From assembly GCF_009834535.1 (NCBI RefSeq), contig NC_045707.1:55740001-55804000 (forward strand): a stretch of DNA of 64,000 nucleotides, given 5' to 3'. The position numbers and the translations under genes are program-made. This DNA comes from Camelus ferus (Eukaryota). Shown here one piece after another: positions 1 to 13,412 of this stretch. The notes below the pieces were generated by a model that was not told where the DNA came from, ran no database searches, and saw nothing but the letters and a program-made list of their open reading frames with translations. Positions within the stretch are counted from its first letter, which is position 1; every line of letters begins with the position of its first letter.

Positions 1-474
1 AAACAGAAGAGACTTTATCAAGACACTGAATTAATTAAAGCTAATTCCAATCCAAAATCCTAAATCAAGTTCATCTGATTTTGCCTCTTAAGGTTTGCAA
101 AAATTTTCAAAAGTAATTTTAAACCATCTTTTGCAACAGAAATTTGTTTAACACTATATGGGAATATATAGCCCTGATTAATAACCACTGAATGTAAATA
201 AAATCAACCATGCCACAGTAATCATTTTCTGAAGAAAATAAATTTTTACAAGTAATTAAACATTACATTTAAATTAGTTCATTATCTATAACTATGACAA
301 CAAAGTCATCTGGACTGAACCATTCATCTTAATTCTTAAGTCTTCAGTCTGTTTTTACTAAAGGGAGCTTTACTTAAATTTTTATTAAAAAGCAACTACT
401 AATACTCTAAGTTCACTATTTGATGTCATTTATATTACTTAGATTTAATTGGAATGTGAGTGATTATGAATTTA

Positions 475-695
475 CAGCTGACCCTTGAACAATGTCGGGG
501 TTACGGATGCTGACCCTCTGAACAATCTCAAATCTCATGTAATTTATGGTCAGCCCTTGGTATCCACAATTTCTAAGTATCTTTGATTCAACCAGCCTTG
601 GGTCAGGCAGTACCACAGTATTTATTATGGGGGAAAAAAATCAGCATATACGTGGACCCATGCAGTTCAAACTCATGCTGTTCAAGGGTCAACTG
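475..695. mobile_element. Tigger2-derived MITE (MER8-like)
   Basis: Terminal inverted repeats CAGCTGACCCTTGAACA ... TGTTCAAGGGTCAACTG, a TA on the left flank, length ~220 bp. Confidence 0.85.
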
Positions 696-1039
696 CATCC
701 TGTGTTATCAAATCAGTTTTTATTCCCTACAGATTAAATGTCCCTGAAGGACATCTTGAAAGAAAAAAATGAGAAAGATGACATAGGACTGATGTAAATG
801 AAAGTTAGATAACACCAGCCTCTTGGAAACAATTCAGATAACTTGGTCTGGGAATCACTTGGATTCTCACATAAAATATAAAATTAAGAGAGACATATAT
901 GACTAGGAAGCAGCTGTCTGGCAGCCCTAACATTTCAGATGCTTTCAAGATAAGGAAACCACCCAGTTTCTCATTTTATGTAAGAAATCACAGTGTAGGG
1001 CTATCAGTTGGGGCCAGGGTAATCTCTCAAAAAAAAATG

Positions 1040-3030
1040 AGATTGACTTCCATTTTCAGCAGTATGTCAGAGTGGTTATGCTAAGAAATCCTCCCGGTAC
1101 AGAATACCTAAGAGTAGTGCACAGAATGCTCATTAAACAAACAAACAAACAACCTTTTAAAAAATTTATTGATGAGCAGGCAGAAAATAAGGGAAATTCC
1201 CTGAAACCAGAATTATCAATAAAATAAAACCCATTAATCCCTGAAGCACTAGAACTGGCATTCCCAAGGATCTGATGTTAACTGAACAAAAGCCGCGTTT
1301 AGGAGAGCTTTAAAAAAGCTTAGGTCCCTGCAGGTTGGGAAGTCAGAAGGAGAACTCCACATAATGCTGGGCACCTGAAAGTCTTTCCACCTTGCAGGAT
1401 GTGACCAGAAATGATACTGTAAGTTCATCCTAATCCTTCCTCTTCCTGGACACAAAGGAAGGCTGCACTTCCCAGGCTCCCTTGCAGCTGCAGTTTTTAC
1501 AGGGGGTGTGTGACAGCATTCTGGCCAGCAGGATGTGGGTGGGAGTGATGTTCTCCATTTCTAGACCCGGCTCTCCTAAGGCCATGTATTCCACATAGTA
1601 AAGTTTACAAGTGGCAGGACAGCCCACTCCACATCAGATTTGGCATGAGGGAAATAAACCTTCATTCTCTTAAGCCATCGAAATTTGGGGGTTTATTTTT
1701 AACTACGCTTAAGTCTAATAATTTTGATTATTAAAATAATTGAACCGGGGGAAAAAAAACTTGCTCCAGGGAGAGAAATAATGGGAACAACTGCCTCAAT
1801 AGGATACGGTGCTGAAATTAATACTCTCAGGTACTGTGAAGAAAAAAAAATGTCCAAGGGAAAAATTAGTTTAGAGTGGCCTCAAATTGTTAGACACCCC
1901 AGGTACATTGCAGATGAAATGCAAATTTTCCCTCTGCGGATGTTCAATCTAGGATCAAATATTCTCAAAGACAGAATGCCAGGATTATATTACAAATAAA
2001 AATAAGACACAGAAGGAGACAAGATACCATGCACAAGCAAGCAGAAGCAATCAACTGCAGAAGTAGAAATGCAAAAGCTACAAATATTAGAATTATCACA
2101 AGGATAACAAAGGTTTCTATTAACAAAATACTATATTAAAATTGTAATTAAACAGTAATGACGTTTCTAAATTTACCATGTAGATTTGGGAAGAATCAAA
2201 TGCAATTTCTAGAAATACAACTGGAGTAACTTAATTTAGAAACTCCAGATTAGACACTAATTAAATTCTGAAGAGAGAATAAATAAATTGAAAGATATGA
2301 AAAAATTTTAGAATATTTAGAATGTAGCACAGCAAAATATATAAAATATAAAAGAAAGTTTAAGAAAGTCAGAGTCAGGCGTTCACATAACTGTGAAAGA
2401 TTCAGAAAATGTCGTGAGGCAGTATAATAAACATTTCACTGGGCTTTCAGAAGAAGAGCTATAGAGAAGAAGGAGAAGGAATATTCAGACATAATACAAG
2501 TTTCCAGAATTGATAAAAGACTGCTATTCTAGATTCAGGAAGCAAAATGCAGCCTAAGGGCAATAAAAATAAATAAATCTACAGGCAGATCCATCCAAAG
2601 AAACTGAAAAACACCAAATATGAAAAGAAGATACTAAAAACCCAACAGAAAAACAGAACCACTTACAAAGGACTTACATTTAGGCCAACAAGATATTTCT
2701 CAACAATGGGGGGCAAGAGAGTCGGATTAAATCTTCGGGAGAAAACAACTTTCAGTGTGCACTCAATTTAACCATATTTCAAGAGCTGAGGTGAATGAAA
2801 GACATTTTTATACAAAGATTTACTAAGAGTATTACCACCAACAAATTCTCATTAAAGGAACTTCTAAAGAATGTACTCCAGAGGGAAAGGAATTCACCCC
2901 AGAAGAAAAGCTAAGTTGTAAAAATGACTTGTGAGGGATAGAAAATGGTAAACATACAAATAAATCATTAAAAGCTTGATTTTATCAAAGACTAATATCA
3001 AAAATGTACAACTGATGGAGTTAAAAACTA
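1040..3030 (+). mobile_element. Ancient L1/HAL1-type 5' region and decayed ORF1, with a small MLT1-like patch near 1620-1720
   Basis: A-rich plus strand with ORF1-like remnants at 2200-2950 (tttccagaattgataaaagac...agattcaggaagc). No intact frame. Confidence 0.6.
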
Positions 3031-3039
3031 ATGACAAGG

Positions 3040-4272
3040 GGGAGCTCTGTTTTAAAACAGGTCAGGACAGGAAAGCACTTCTGCTACAAAACTGGACAAA
3101 ACCAGATAAATTATAAATATCGCATTTTTAAAGCATCAGAGAACTTTAGAAGCAGCAAGCAATTTTCCAGAAAGAAGAAAAACTCTTTTCTGTAAGGCTT
3201 TTTCTTTCTTTTCCCTGTGGGCATTTGCTGGTTCCAGGTGCTGGCGGTGTCTCTGGCTTGATCGGTCTGAGCCTCGGCTACAGAAAGGAGAAACTAGCGG
3301 AATCTGAGCGATTCTGCCGGATAAGCGCGACGGGCTGGAAGCTGGGAGGTTCCAGACACACAATGGCTCCTCCTCACAGAACATTTGCTAAGTTTTGGTG
3401 CGACACAGGAAGCGGGGGAACTAGGCTAAAGGCTTCCCTGAAAGCAAAGTGAAATCTCCCGAAGTCCTGGGGAAGTGACCTCAGATACACTGGTCTTACC
3501 TTCAAGGAATTTGCCGTATTTTGAAGCAATGCAAGCTGGAAGACTGGAGAGCTGGGCTGACATCTCTGAAAGACAGAGGAGAATTTTCTGCAGTCTTCCA
3601 AACTGGAGGAGACAGAGATCTACGCGACTTAGAATCAAACCCCACGCAGGCGGGCAGGGAGCACAGCAAACGTGAGCGGGGGGCGACGCAGAAGTAGGTG
3701 GGGTTTAAAATAGGCTGGGTTTCTTAAAATAGAAGAAACCCAGCCCCCACTTCAATTAATGTCTGATTGGATTCAGGTGCTTCAACCCTCACTCTGTTTA
3801 CCAACAAAGATAACATTATGTAGAGCCTCCAGAGTTGTAGCACAATGTCCATTATGCATTAAGAAACTACTAGAAGTGTGGAGAGGGTAAAAATATGACC
3901 AACTCTCATGAGAAAAAGAGGAGAAGAGCCAGATACTGGAGTTAGCAAACAAGGACTTTGAAAAACCTGTGCTTAATGTTAAGAACAACGGAGAAAAAAA
4001 GAGAGACAAAATAGATCAAAGGATGGAGAATTAAAAAGAGAATTTAAATCTATAAAAGCGAATCAAAGGACATTCTGCAAATGAAAAAAGAAAATATCTG
4101 AAGCTAGGAAATTGATAGATGAATTGAGCAGCGGACTGAACGCAGCTGAAAATAATGAACTAGAACTAGGTTTTAGTTTTCTCAGCGAAGTAGAAATTAG
4201 GTTTAAAAAACTGAAGCAAAAAAAAAAAAATGAGAAAGCACACACCTATAAAAATGTAAAAGACTGTGGGAC
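3040..4272 (+). mobile_element. Second old L1M 5'UTR and start of ORF1
   Basis: L1M-like 5' motif (aaaactggacaaaaccag...tttttaaagcatcagagaac). Coiled-coil ORF1-like A-rich sequence at 3900-4270. Confidence 0.6.
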
Positions 4273-4690
4273 ATTGTCTCTGTTCAGGGACCCCAGAAAA
4301 GCGACTTTGATGAAAAGATTTGCATTTTGGAGATTTATTAGGGAGAGCTCTCCAGAAAAACATGGTTAGGGAGCGAAGCGGGACTGAGCAGAGGGAGAAA
4401 CTAACCTGAAATGCAATTGCAAGAGAGGCCTTAGTCCACCTGCAGAAGTTCTGGAACTGGGCTAGCTCTTCAGAGAAGCCCCAGGTTAAGGGAAGGAAGC
4501 TGGGCATTTTTGCCTCCACCTTTATCTGTCATGGATGCAGTTGCCTCTGGGAAAGAGCCGTAAACTTGGGCAAAGCGGCTCCCTTTGGTCGACGGCCATG
4601 CCAAGCAGGGCCTCAGCTGTAAGTTGTTAGCAGTCAACGTTCCTAGCAGCTGGATTCAGCACGGGCTGGCTCACCGCATTCTCCGCAACA
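4273..4690 (-). mobile_element. ERVL LTR (LTR16A-like)
   Basis: Characteristic reverse-strand motifs (gcagagggagaaac...gcaattgcaagagaggcc; cttgggcaaagcggctccctttggtcga). Confidence 0.7.
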
Positions 4691-6030
4691 GACAGCACTT
4701 TGTGTGCTTGAATCTACCTGCTTTTATCTAAGTTCACCCACCTGGAAATAACTCCTCCAGGATTCTGGTTTATCTCTTTTCCTCCGTAAATTTGCAAGAA
4801 CAAAGTCAGTGGGTGTTTTACAGTCCTCATAATTGCAACAGTTCCTGGAGATAAAATTCATTGTCCCTCTCCCCTGCTGACCATTCCAGGCTGCCCTTGG
4901 CTAGCACATACACTGGTTTAGGTGTGGGGTAACAGACGCTCATTCTGGGCATCTGTTCACTAAGTCTTTCTCTGCCAGGGCTGCTGCCCTTATTCATTCA
5001 CCATCAAAACTGGGCAAAGAAATGACAAAGGACATCCACCTGGGTCATTTGGGGGCTAAATATATTCATTATGTAACAGTAGTTCTAGCTTCTCCTTAGG
5101 ATCAGAGTCAATTACCCTTGCCAATATAGCAACTCCTTTCCTTGTCTGCTGGTCTCTTGGAACTAGGAGCTCAAAGTAATTTGGTGGCCACCATATAAAA
5201 TTTCACAGGAGTCTGTGTCCCCTGATAGAAGCATTCCCTCCCTGAGAACCAGGCTGTCTATAAACTTGAGTTGAAGATTCAGTAAATATAAAATCCCCAA
5301 GTGGATCATTGAGAGTGATATAGGTGAGAAACCCCTATTTCTAGTTCTAGGTACTGGTCCTTGCAGACCAACTCAGGACAGAGTGCTTTTTCATGGTTGC
5401 CAGTTAGGGTGTATGCTGTGTCCTGGAGGATGAGGCCCTCTCCTTACAGAGTACCATCTCTAAGGCAGCACTTAGGTTGCAACTTTAAAATCCATTCCAT
5501 TGCTCTGTCAGGCCAGAAGTTTCCGGGTGGTTTGGTAGGTGAGAGAACCAGTGCATCTCAAGGCACGTACTCACTGCTACCACTCCTTTGCTTAGAGGGG
5601 ATCTTGGTATGAGGCATGCTACATCACGTATCTTATCAGTGAGTCAAATAATTATAAACCCTCATAGAGGGATACTGGCTAAGGCTTTCTGCGGGCAAGT
5701 CAAACAAACAAATATATGGAATACATGTCAATTCCAGGCAAATCACTGACTTCCACAATGCAAGGAATTTAGTGTACTCACTGTCCTACCAATTAACTCT
5801 TTAGTCTCCTTGAAGGATGGGACCATACTGAGGTACAATATTGGTCTGTTCTGTTGGCAGGTAAAACACTCAACAGCGGTACCCTTGGTGAATGGGAGTC
5901 CTGACACCATTACTATTGCATGCCTGAGCCCACTGTGCTAGTAACAGAGTGGTGGCTGACAGAGGTTGACTGACATCAACTGACCAAGGCTTTCTATCTG
6001 TTTTGCTGTTTAATGTCTACTGTGTCCATT
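4691..6030 (-). mobile_element. ERVL internal sequence (integrase region to 3' end), decayed
   Basis: The reverse complement near 5930-5990 (gtcagtcaacctctgtcagccaccactctg) resembles the plus-strand ERVL segment at ~41880-41950. Confidence 0.6.
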
Positions 6031-6269
6031 TTCAATTGATTGCCTCTCAGCTCTGAATGTCCCCTTCAATATATGCATTGTTCCAAATAACAGATTCCTT
6101 TAAGATTTCTCCTTTAAGGTGAGCTCGATGTTAAACTGTCTCAGTACAAGGTGCTAGAGAAGTCTTAGAGGAAGAAGGGAATTCTTGGAGTATCCAGTGT
6201 GGGCTGGGGGTCAGCAGTATGAGTGAAGGACATCCAGGAGAGCCTAGCCAAGTAATGGACCTGGTACAT

Positions 6270-7240
6270 CTTCCCTGCATTGCCTCAAAGCTATTTCAAT
6301 TGTCACATTCTCTACCTTAATCAGAACACAGGGTACCTAGGGAACTTGTTCACTTTCTCATCCCACAATGGTTCACTATGTTGTGGCCATCACACCAGTT
6401 GGATATGCTAAGCAGGCTGTAGCAAATACCTTAGGAGATGATCAGTATCAGAAGGAAATACAGTCTATAAAATTTCTGAAGCCCGGCATCTTAGTGAAGT
6501 TTCTAAGGGGGTCAATGGTGTAGAGAATGCTAGAAATCCCTTCAAAGGAAAACTGCTATACTCAGCACCACTTAGCACTGAAGAAGAGTCATAATGCCTA
6601 GTGGACAGTTTTGTATTTTGAAGGCCAATGTCATACTTGAGTGTCCTGTTCTGATCCATTAAACAAGGAACCATACGTCTGAGAGTTATGGGGCTTAAAG
6701 CAAAAGAAGACTCTACATCATGTCTGACCACAGTGAAATGTGTTTATCAATTAATTCGATTTTATGACCCAGAAAGTCCAATGATATCTAAACTGTCCAA
6801 GGCCAGGAGGGCACTATATAGAGCCTTTGGCCAGCCCCAAAAGGAGAATCATATTGCAAACCACCCAAGCAATAGAAGTAAAACCATATCCTCTTCTGCA
6901 AATAACTACTCTGCTCGCTGCTGGCCCCCGGAAAAGACTGAATATCTGACCAGAGAGCATCCAAAGACCATGAAACATGTCATGGACTGTTTTTCAACTG
7001 ATCTACCAAGTTGGAGTCCAGTCACGCAAAGCAGCAATTCACAACCAAGTGGAAATGGTGTCAAAGATGTCAAGCTAAAGCGAGTCTTCAAAAGCACAAG
7101 TAAGTTAAATGAACAGACGGCTCAGATGTCTACAGCACCTGGTCCTGCTGCACTGCTCCCTCTGCCTTCACCCACTCTCACAGCCTTAAAAGGGTTCCTC
7201 ATGATTAGCTGATGACAGAAAGCTCAGGCCAGGTTTACAA
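6270..7240 (+). mobile_element. ERVL pol remnant (RT to start of RNase H), decayed
   Basis: RT-like remnant (ggttcactatgttgtggccatcac...gtagcaaataccttagg). The 3' end at 7090-7240 resembles the ERVL segment at 41380-41490. Confidence 0.65.
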
Positions 7241-7264
7241 GAGGTATTAAGAAGATACTACAAG

Positions 7265-7640
7265 ATATTACAGTAAAATGGTATATGTTCACACAACAGA
7301 ATACTATTCAAGAATGAAAATGAATGAACAGTAACTATACGTCTAAAATACATTGATCATAAAACTGTAATTAGTGAAATATTTTATTGGATAAGAGTAT
7401 ATGTATTATAACACCATTTATAAAAGGGTCTAAGACCAGAACGCTAAACATAAAACATTTAGAGGCGCGTGATAGCAAAGCAAGGGATGATTGACACACA
7501 ATGTACGATTTGGTTACTTTTGTGTATTTCAGGTGAGGAGTGGCGTTAATTCTATTAGAGAAACAGAGGCCTTCAAAGGAACTGGCAGTGTTATATTTCT
7601 TAAGCTTATGATGGGTATATGAGTGTTAAGCTTATTATCA
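7265..7640 (+). mobile_element. L1ME-type 3' end fragment
   Basis: aaatggtatatgttcacacaacagaatactattcaagaatgaaaatgaatgaac ... ttcttaagcttatgatgggtatatgagtgt. Confidence 0.7.
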
Positions 7641-7649
7641 CTCTTTTTG

Positions 7650-7820
7650 CTAGTCGCTCTCAATCCAGGCTGCACGTTGGACTCATCTAAAGAGCTTAGA
7701 AAACCAAGAACAGAAACCAAAAACTGATGCCCTGGTACTGATTTATTTATCCTGAGCTGTCTGGGTTCAAATGTTTTCCAAGTGACTCTGACACAGAACT
7801 AGGCTTGCGGAGCACTGCTT
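7650..7820. mobile_element. MER5-family hAT MITE
   Basis: ctctcaatccaggctgcacgttggactcatc ... ccaagtgactctg ... ttgcggagcactgc. Confidence 0.6.
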
Positions 7821-8537
7821 TGTATATACTCTTTTGTATGTATTTTTATATATTTCATGATTTTTTTAGAAGCCCAAAGACACCAGAAATGAAGCAATTC
7901 TCCATCCAGCCTCGCAGTGATGTATTGACCCATTTTGCTCCGCGCTTCATGTCAACCAGGTCATGTGTGAGTTTATGGGCCTTTAGAGACCAGCCGTATA
8001 AATGTTCTCATGAGGTAATGACCATTCCCAGCCGAACTCAGTCAACCCTCTTTGCTCTTTCCCTTCATCACCACCTCCTCTGCAGACGAATTCTACCCTG
8101 GCCTAGCAAACTCCCTGCATCTGAACCACAGGCATTCTCCTTTGTGCTGTTTCCTCTCGGATTTTTTCTGTTTCTCTCTTCTCTCTTATTGTTTCACTTT
8201 TCTCTGCCTTCCTGCTTTCAGGCCCTGTCACCTTGGCTTTCTTCTTTCCTCCTTGACAATTTCATTGCGTGCTTTTCTTCCCACTGCTTTTCCTTCGTGG
8301 AAATGTCTACACGATGACTCAGTGTTTAGACTCTTTCTAAATGAAGGGGATTATTTTTGAACGAAAAAAAGAAATAAAATGCATTAACTAAGGACCTTGT
8401 CTCCTCAAGTGGTAAAAGTAAAAAAGAAAAAGAAATTGTCAAATGAGGATATTAATTCTGACAGCTCTCTCAGGTTTTTCTCTACTTTTATAAGTTCCTA
8501 AAAGTTATACAGGAGTGGAATCAATAGCCAAGGTTCT

Positions 8538-8668
8538 CTTTGTTGTTTAGTTTGTTTGTTTACTTTTTTTCTTTTCTTCTTCCCCTCTTAACAGAGGCAC
8601 TGGGGGTTGAACCCAAGACCTCATGCACACCAAGCATGCATTCTACCACTGAGCAATACCTCCACCCA
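8538..8668 (-). mobile_element. tRNA-derived SINE, camelid Vic-1-like
   Basis: Reverse strand reads GGGTGGAGGTATTGCTCAGTGGTAGAATGCATGCTTGGTGTGCATGAGGTCTTGGGTTCAACCCCCAGTGCCTC, with A and B boxes and an A-rich tail. Possible TSD gccaag at 8527 and 8670. Confidence 0.8.
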
Positions 8669-10079
8669 TGCCAAGTTTTTAAATGTCACTTCTTCAGCAC
8701 AGTACTTTAATATTTCTAAGAAACAGTATATTTTAAATATCCTTGAATCTGAATCAAAGATATCAAATGTGTAGAAATGAAAGTATGATCATTTAGGATG
8801 AAAGTCAAGGAACTGAGCCTAATAAAACAAATACTAGCTTTATTTTTATCATGTAAGCAAAGTGTGAAAATTCAAGCTAATAACACATTGGGGAAATTTA
8901 AGACATGAAACATTTCAAATTCCATTACCAAATGTGAGCTGTGTAAATGTTAATGGGATGCTGAGAATAATTACAATTTTTCACTAGCAAGTTAGAGAAC
9001 TGCACTGGGACATTTCAAAGGTTTTTGTTATGCAAGATATTGCAAATGAAATATTTTCCTAACACCTTTGAAGGGCCAATTTGTTATCCTAAATAGTTAA
9101 TACAAATAGAAAATAGAGTATTTCCTGAAAAAGGTCAAATTTTTCAGATTTTAATTTATTTTTGGACTGGAAGCATCTTGGAAAGAAGGAAAGGTATGAG
9201 GTTTATTCAAATGTTTATAACTTTTCCCAAAATATTTTCTCAAAATATTTAATAAAAACGAAGTTTAGCGATTATAGTTTCCCAAACATACTAGCAGAGA
9301 GACAGAAAAATACCAGTTGCCAAGAAATGAACATTAGGATTATTACGTAAAAGTAGTTAACCTTCGAGATAAGACTGATTCCTTTAAGTATATTTCAAAA
9401 GATTCCTAGCTCCCAGACAGGAAACTTATAGGTCAAAGTAGTCTTTTCAGGAAAGAAACTAAGATTAGGCAATTAACCTTTTAATCCACTTAACAGTTCA
9501 AACTCCCTTCATTTCAAAGTTACACAGGCAGCACAGAGATAATTGAGAGAGATTATGGTGTATGTGTGTGTGTACAGAGGAATTTGATCATTAAAGTAAA
9601 AAAGACAAAGCTAAGAGAGGACATGTTTATTCTACATAGTTTTTATGGAGGTTGAATTTAAAGTCATTATTTTTAAATCTCAATAATTTAAGGTGGTGAT
9701 GAGTATTATATCCTGGATTTCAAATATTTACACATAAATAGTATATTTGGATAAACACAAATACCCACTTAACTTACATCGTAGAGTCCAGTAAGATATG
9801 TACAAAGATGATGTGGGGCAGAACCAAAACAAATAGCGTACTCGTGGAAGTGGATATGAGACGAAGGTGAATATTTCAAACAGTGTCGACAAAGAAGTGT
9901 TAGCATATTTATGCTTCCATCCAATTGGGGATGTTTGTTTTCAGTTTGAGTAGACTTCAAACAGGAAGTTTTTAAACTAGAAGAATTTTTAAATGTCCAA
10001 CTTTTTCTGATAATACAGAGACTAAAATTAGGCTATTGATTATCTCACATAATATGGTATCCAGAGGAAAAGCAAACTC

Positions 10080-10420
10080 ATTGGTTGATTCAACAGCCTG
10101 ATTACATTTTTTCAAGAATCAGTTTGGGATTTATTTTTTTCTCAGTCTTTCTGTACTTCCATCCTTCATGCTGGGACTGGTAGTAAGATGGCTGTATAAT
10201 TTTCAGATGTTTAATCCAGATCCAGCAATATGCCTACAAAGAAGGCTCTTTTAAGAGTAAGAATATTTTCCCTAGAATCCTCCAACACTTCTAATATTTC
10301 CTGTGACAGAATGGCCATATTCTTTTTGGAACACATCTCTGGCAAGGAGTAATTTAATGCCATGTGGCTGGACTATTCATTTAGGGTAGAATGGATGTTA
10401 GGGAGAAAACTCCAGTATTC
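10080..10420 (-). mobile_element. Old MaLR LTR fragment (MLT1-type)
   Basis: aagatggctg...ttttccctagaatcctccaacacttc...ctctggcaaggag pattern. Confidence 0.45.
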
Positions 10421-10629
10421 ATTACACAATATAATTTAGCACATAGGGCATTCATTATTTCACTTATTTAATAAGTACTTCTTATGTGTCTGCCATATGT
10501 CACTAGAGATGCAGTAGTAAACAGTGCAGCCATTGGTTTTGAGTTCATGTAGCTGACAGTCTGGCTAGAAAGATAGATAGTCCTTAAAATTTTGGAAATA
10601 ATCAAGTGACTAAATTTTTAAAAAATATT

Positions 10630-12432
10630 ATTGGATCTAACAAAATATTTACAAGATCTATATGAGAAAAACTATCAAACTACTGAAAAAACTCAAAGAA
10701 CAAAATAAATGGAGAGATAACTCCATTTTCATGTATAGGAGTATCAAGATGTCAGTTCTTCCCAACTTGGTTATAGATGTGATGCAGTCTCAATCAAAGT
10801 ATCAGCAAGTTCTTTTGTGAATATCCACAAATCAATTCTGAAGTTTATATGAAGAGGTAAAAAGATGTAAATAGCTGATATAATGTGAAAGAAGAAGAAT
10901 AAACTTGGAGGACTGATACCACCTGAGATAAGACTTACTATAAACCTAAAGTAATCAAGATAAGATGGTAATAGTGAAAGAACAGACAAATAGGTCAGCA
11001 GAATAGAAATCTCAGAAATAGACCCACAGGTAGTCAAGTGATCTCTGACAAAAGAGCAAAGGCGATACAATGGAGCAAAGATAGTATCTCCAACAAATGT
11101 GCTAGAACTGGACATCCACATGAAAAAAATGAATTCAGGCACAGAACTTACACTCTGAAAATGGGTCCCTGACTGAATGTAAAGCACTAAACTATAAGAC
11201 CTACAGAAGATAACATAGGAGAAAATCTAGATGATTCTGGGTATGGCAATGACTTCTAGATACAATACCAAAGGTATGATTGATGAAAGAAATAACTGAC
11301 AGGCTGGACTTCATTTAAATTAAAAACTTCTGCTCTGCAAAATACTGTCAAGAGAATGAGCAGATAAGCCATAGACTGGGAAAAAAATTTGCAAAAGACA
11401 TATTTGATAAAGGACTGTTCTACCAAATATATAAAGAATTCTTATACTCAAAAAGAAGAAGTCAAACATCCTATGTAAAAAATGGGCCAAAGACTTTAGC
11501 AAAGAAGATACACAGAGGCATATAAGCATTTGAAAAGATGCTCCACATCATATGTCATGAGGGAAATTCAAATTAACACAATTAGATACCACTACATACG
11601 TATTAGAATGGCTACAATCCAAAACACTGACAACAGATGAAGATGTGCAGCACTATGAACTGGAATGCAAAATGCAACAGCCACTTTAGAAGAGCGTTTG
11701 GCAGTTTCTTACAAAAGCTAAACATCTTACTGCAAAATGTAGCAATCATGCTGTTTGTTATTTAGGCAAATGAATTGACAATTGTCCACACAAAAACTTG
11801 CACACAGGCATTTATAGTAGCTTTATTAATAACTGCCAAAACTTGGAAGGAACCAAGATGTCCTTCAGTAGGTGAATAGATAAACAACAGTACATCTGAA
11901 CAATGGAATATTATTCAGGGCTAAAATGAAATGAGCTATCAAGCCATGAAAAGACATGGAGAAACTTGACATACATATTAAAAAATGAAAGAAGTCAACC
12001 TGAAAAAGCTATATATGTTGTACGATTTCAACTATATGACATTCTGGGAAAGGCAAAATATGGAGACAGTAAATAAAAATTAGTAGTTCTAGGGGTTGTG
12101 GGAGAGGGAAGGATGAGTAGTCAGAGAACAGAAGATTTTTAAGGCAGTCTAATGACTTATTCTGTATGTTATGATGATGGATACATGTCATTATACATTT
12201 GTCAAAACCCATAGAATGTGCAACCCCAAGAGTGAACCCTAATTTAAACTATGAACTTTGGGTGATCATGATGTGTTGACAGGTTCATAGACGGTAACAA
12301 ATGTACCACTCTGGTTGGAGATGTTGATTGTAGGGGAGGCTGTGTATGCGCTGGGGCAGGGAGTATGTGGGAACTCAGCACTCTCCACTCAATTTTTCTG
12401 TGAACTTGAAACTGCCCTAAAAAATTTAGTCT
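10630..12432 (+). mobile_element. L1MC-type LINE, 3' part of ORF2 plus 3'UTR (~1.8 kb), inserted into an L2
   Basis: Continuous ORF2-like sequence (atcaagatgtcagttcttcccaac..., aaccaagatgtccttcagtaggtgaat) and an L1MC 3'UTR (gtcaaaacccatagaatgtgcaac...aaatgtaccactctgg). L2 pieces flank it at ~10460-10600 and ~12480-12630. Confidence 0.9.
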
Positions 12433-12634
12433 ACTGAAAAAATACTATCGTACTCTTAATGAGGTAGTGGTATAGTAGTCAGGGGGTGACTCCTTATGCA
12501 TGGGGAGTGGGCAGCACTCAGGGAAGGACTGCTTAAGGAAATGACCTCAGAGACATAAAGGTGTTTAAGAATTGCCAAGCAAAGAGGATGGGTGGACATG
12601 GGGTGGCAGCAGGAGAGAGAAGGCCAGTGTATCC

Positions 12635-13170
12635 CCTGGCTAATGCTTATATTGTTTCTCCATATCTATCTTCTGTTTCTTTTCAAATAGTAAGATTATA
12701 TTTATATCCCAGGTGACAGATTCAGATACAATAACATGGGAAGGAAGAAGAAATGAACTTTAAAGAAAAACAGTTATTTAACCCAAATTTTTAGCTGGAT
12801 GTATGCATTCAAAATAAAAACTACATTTCCCAGCTTTCCTTGCATCCAGGTGTGGCCGTTTATTTAAATTCTAATAAATGGTATGGATACAGAAATACAT
12901 ATGGCACCTTCTAGGAACATTGAGAGAGAGTACATAGACCCTTTGCCTCTTCTGTTTTGTCCCTTTTTCCATCCTGCTCCTAGGTCAGAGATGACACTAT
13001 AGACAATGAAGTTGAAACCATACATGGTGGAACACCAAGATAGAAGGATCATGGGTCCCAGCCAACACACCCCTGTTAACTCTATGTGAACTTTTAAAAG
13101 AGAAATAAACTCTCTCATTTAAGCCAGGATTATTGGACTTTGTGTCACACAGCAGACCTTAATTCCAACT
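12635..13170 (+). mobile_element. MLT1-type LTR
   Basis: actacatttcccagctttccttgcatccaggtgtggcc ... agagaaataaactctctcatttaagcca ... cctgata. Confidence 0.7.
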
Positions 13171-13412
13171 ATCCTGATAAGCAATGACCTTGGGTAAAAG
13201 ACTATGGCACATAGTAGGAGCTAAAGGGAGACCAACATGGCTGGTGTGGAATAGGCAGGAGACCGTGGAAGTGTTTCAAGGTGATGTAGGTGTCATGTTA
13301 AATAGAGCCCTCAAGGCTCTGTTCAAAAATCTGGACGTAATTCTAGGAGCAATGTGAAGAGACTGAAGAGTTTTAAGCACAGAAGGAACATGATAAAAAA
13401 AAATTATATTTT

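Noticed and set aside
6688..7212. 174-aa ORF
   Set aside because: Lies in decayed ERVL pol with frameshifted content. No sign of a domesticated gene.
7805..8360. 170-aa and 102-aa hydrophobic ORFs
   Set aside because: Produced by pyrimidine-rich low-complexity sequence. No splice or homology support.
8590..8668. Possible tRNA gene
   Set aside because: Has A and B boxes but degenerate stems and an A-rich tail, which fits a SINE.
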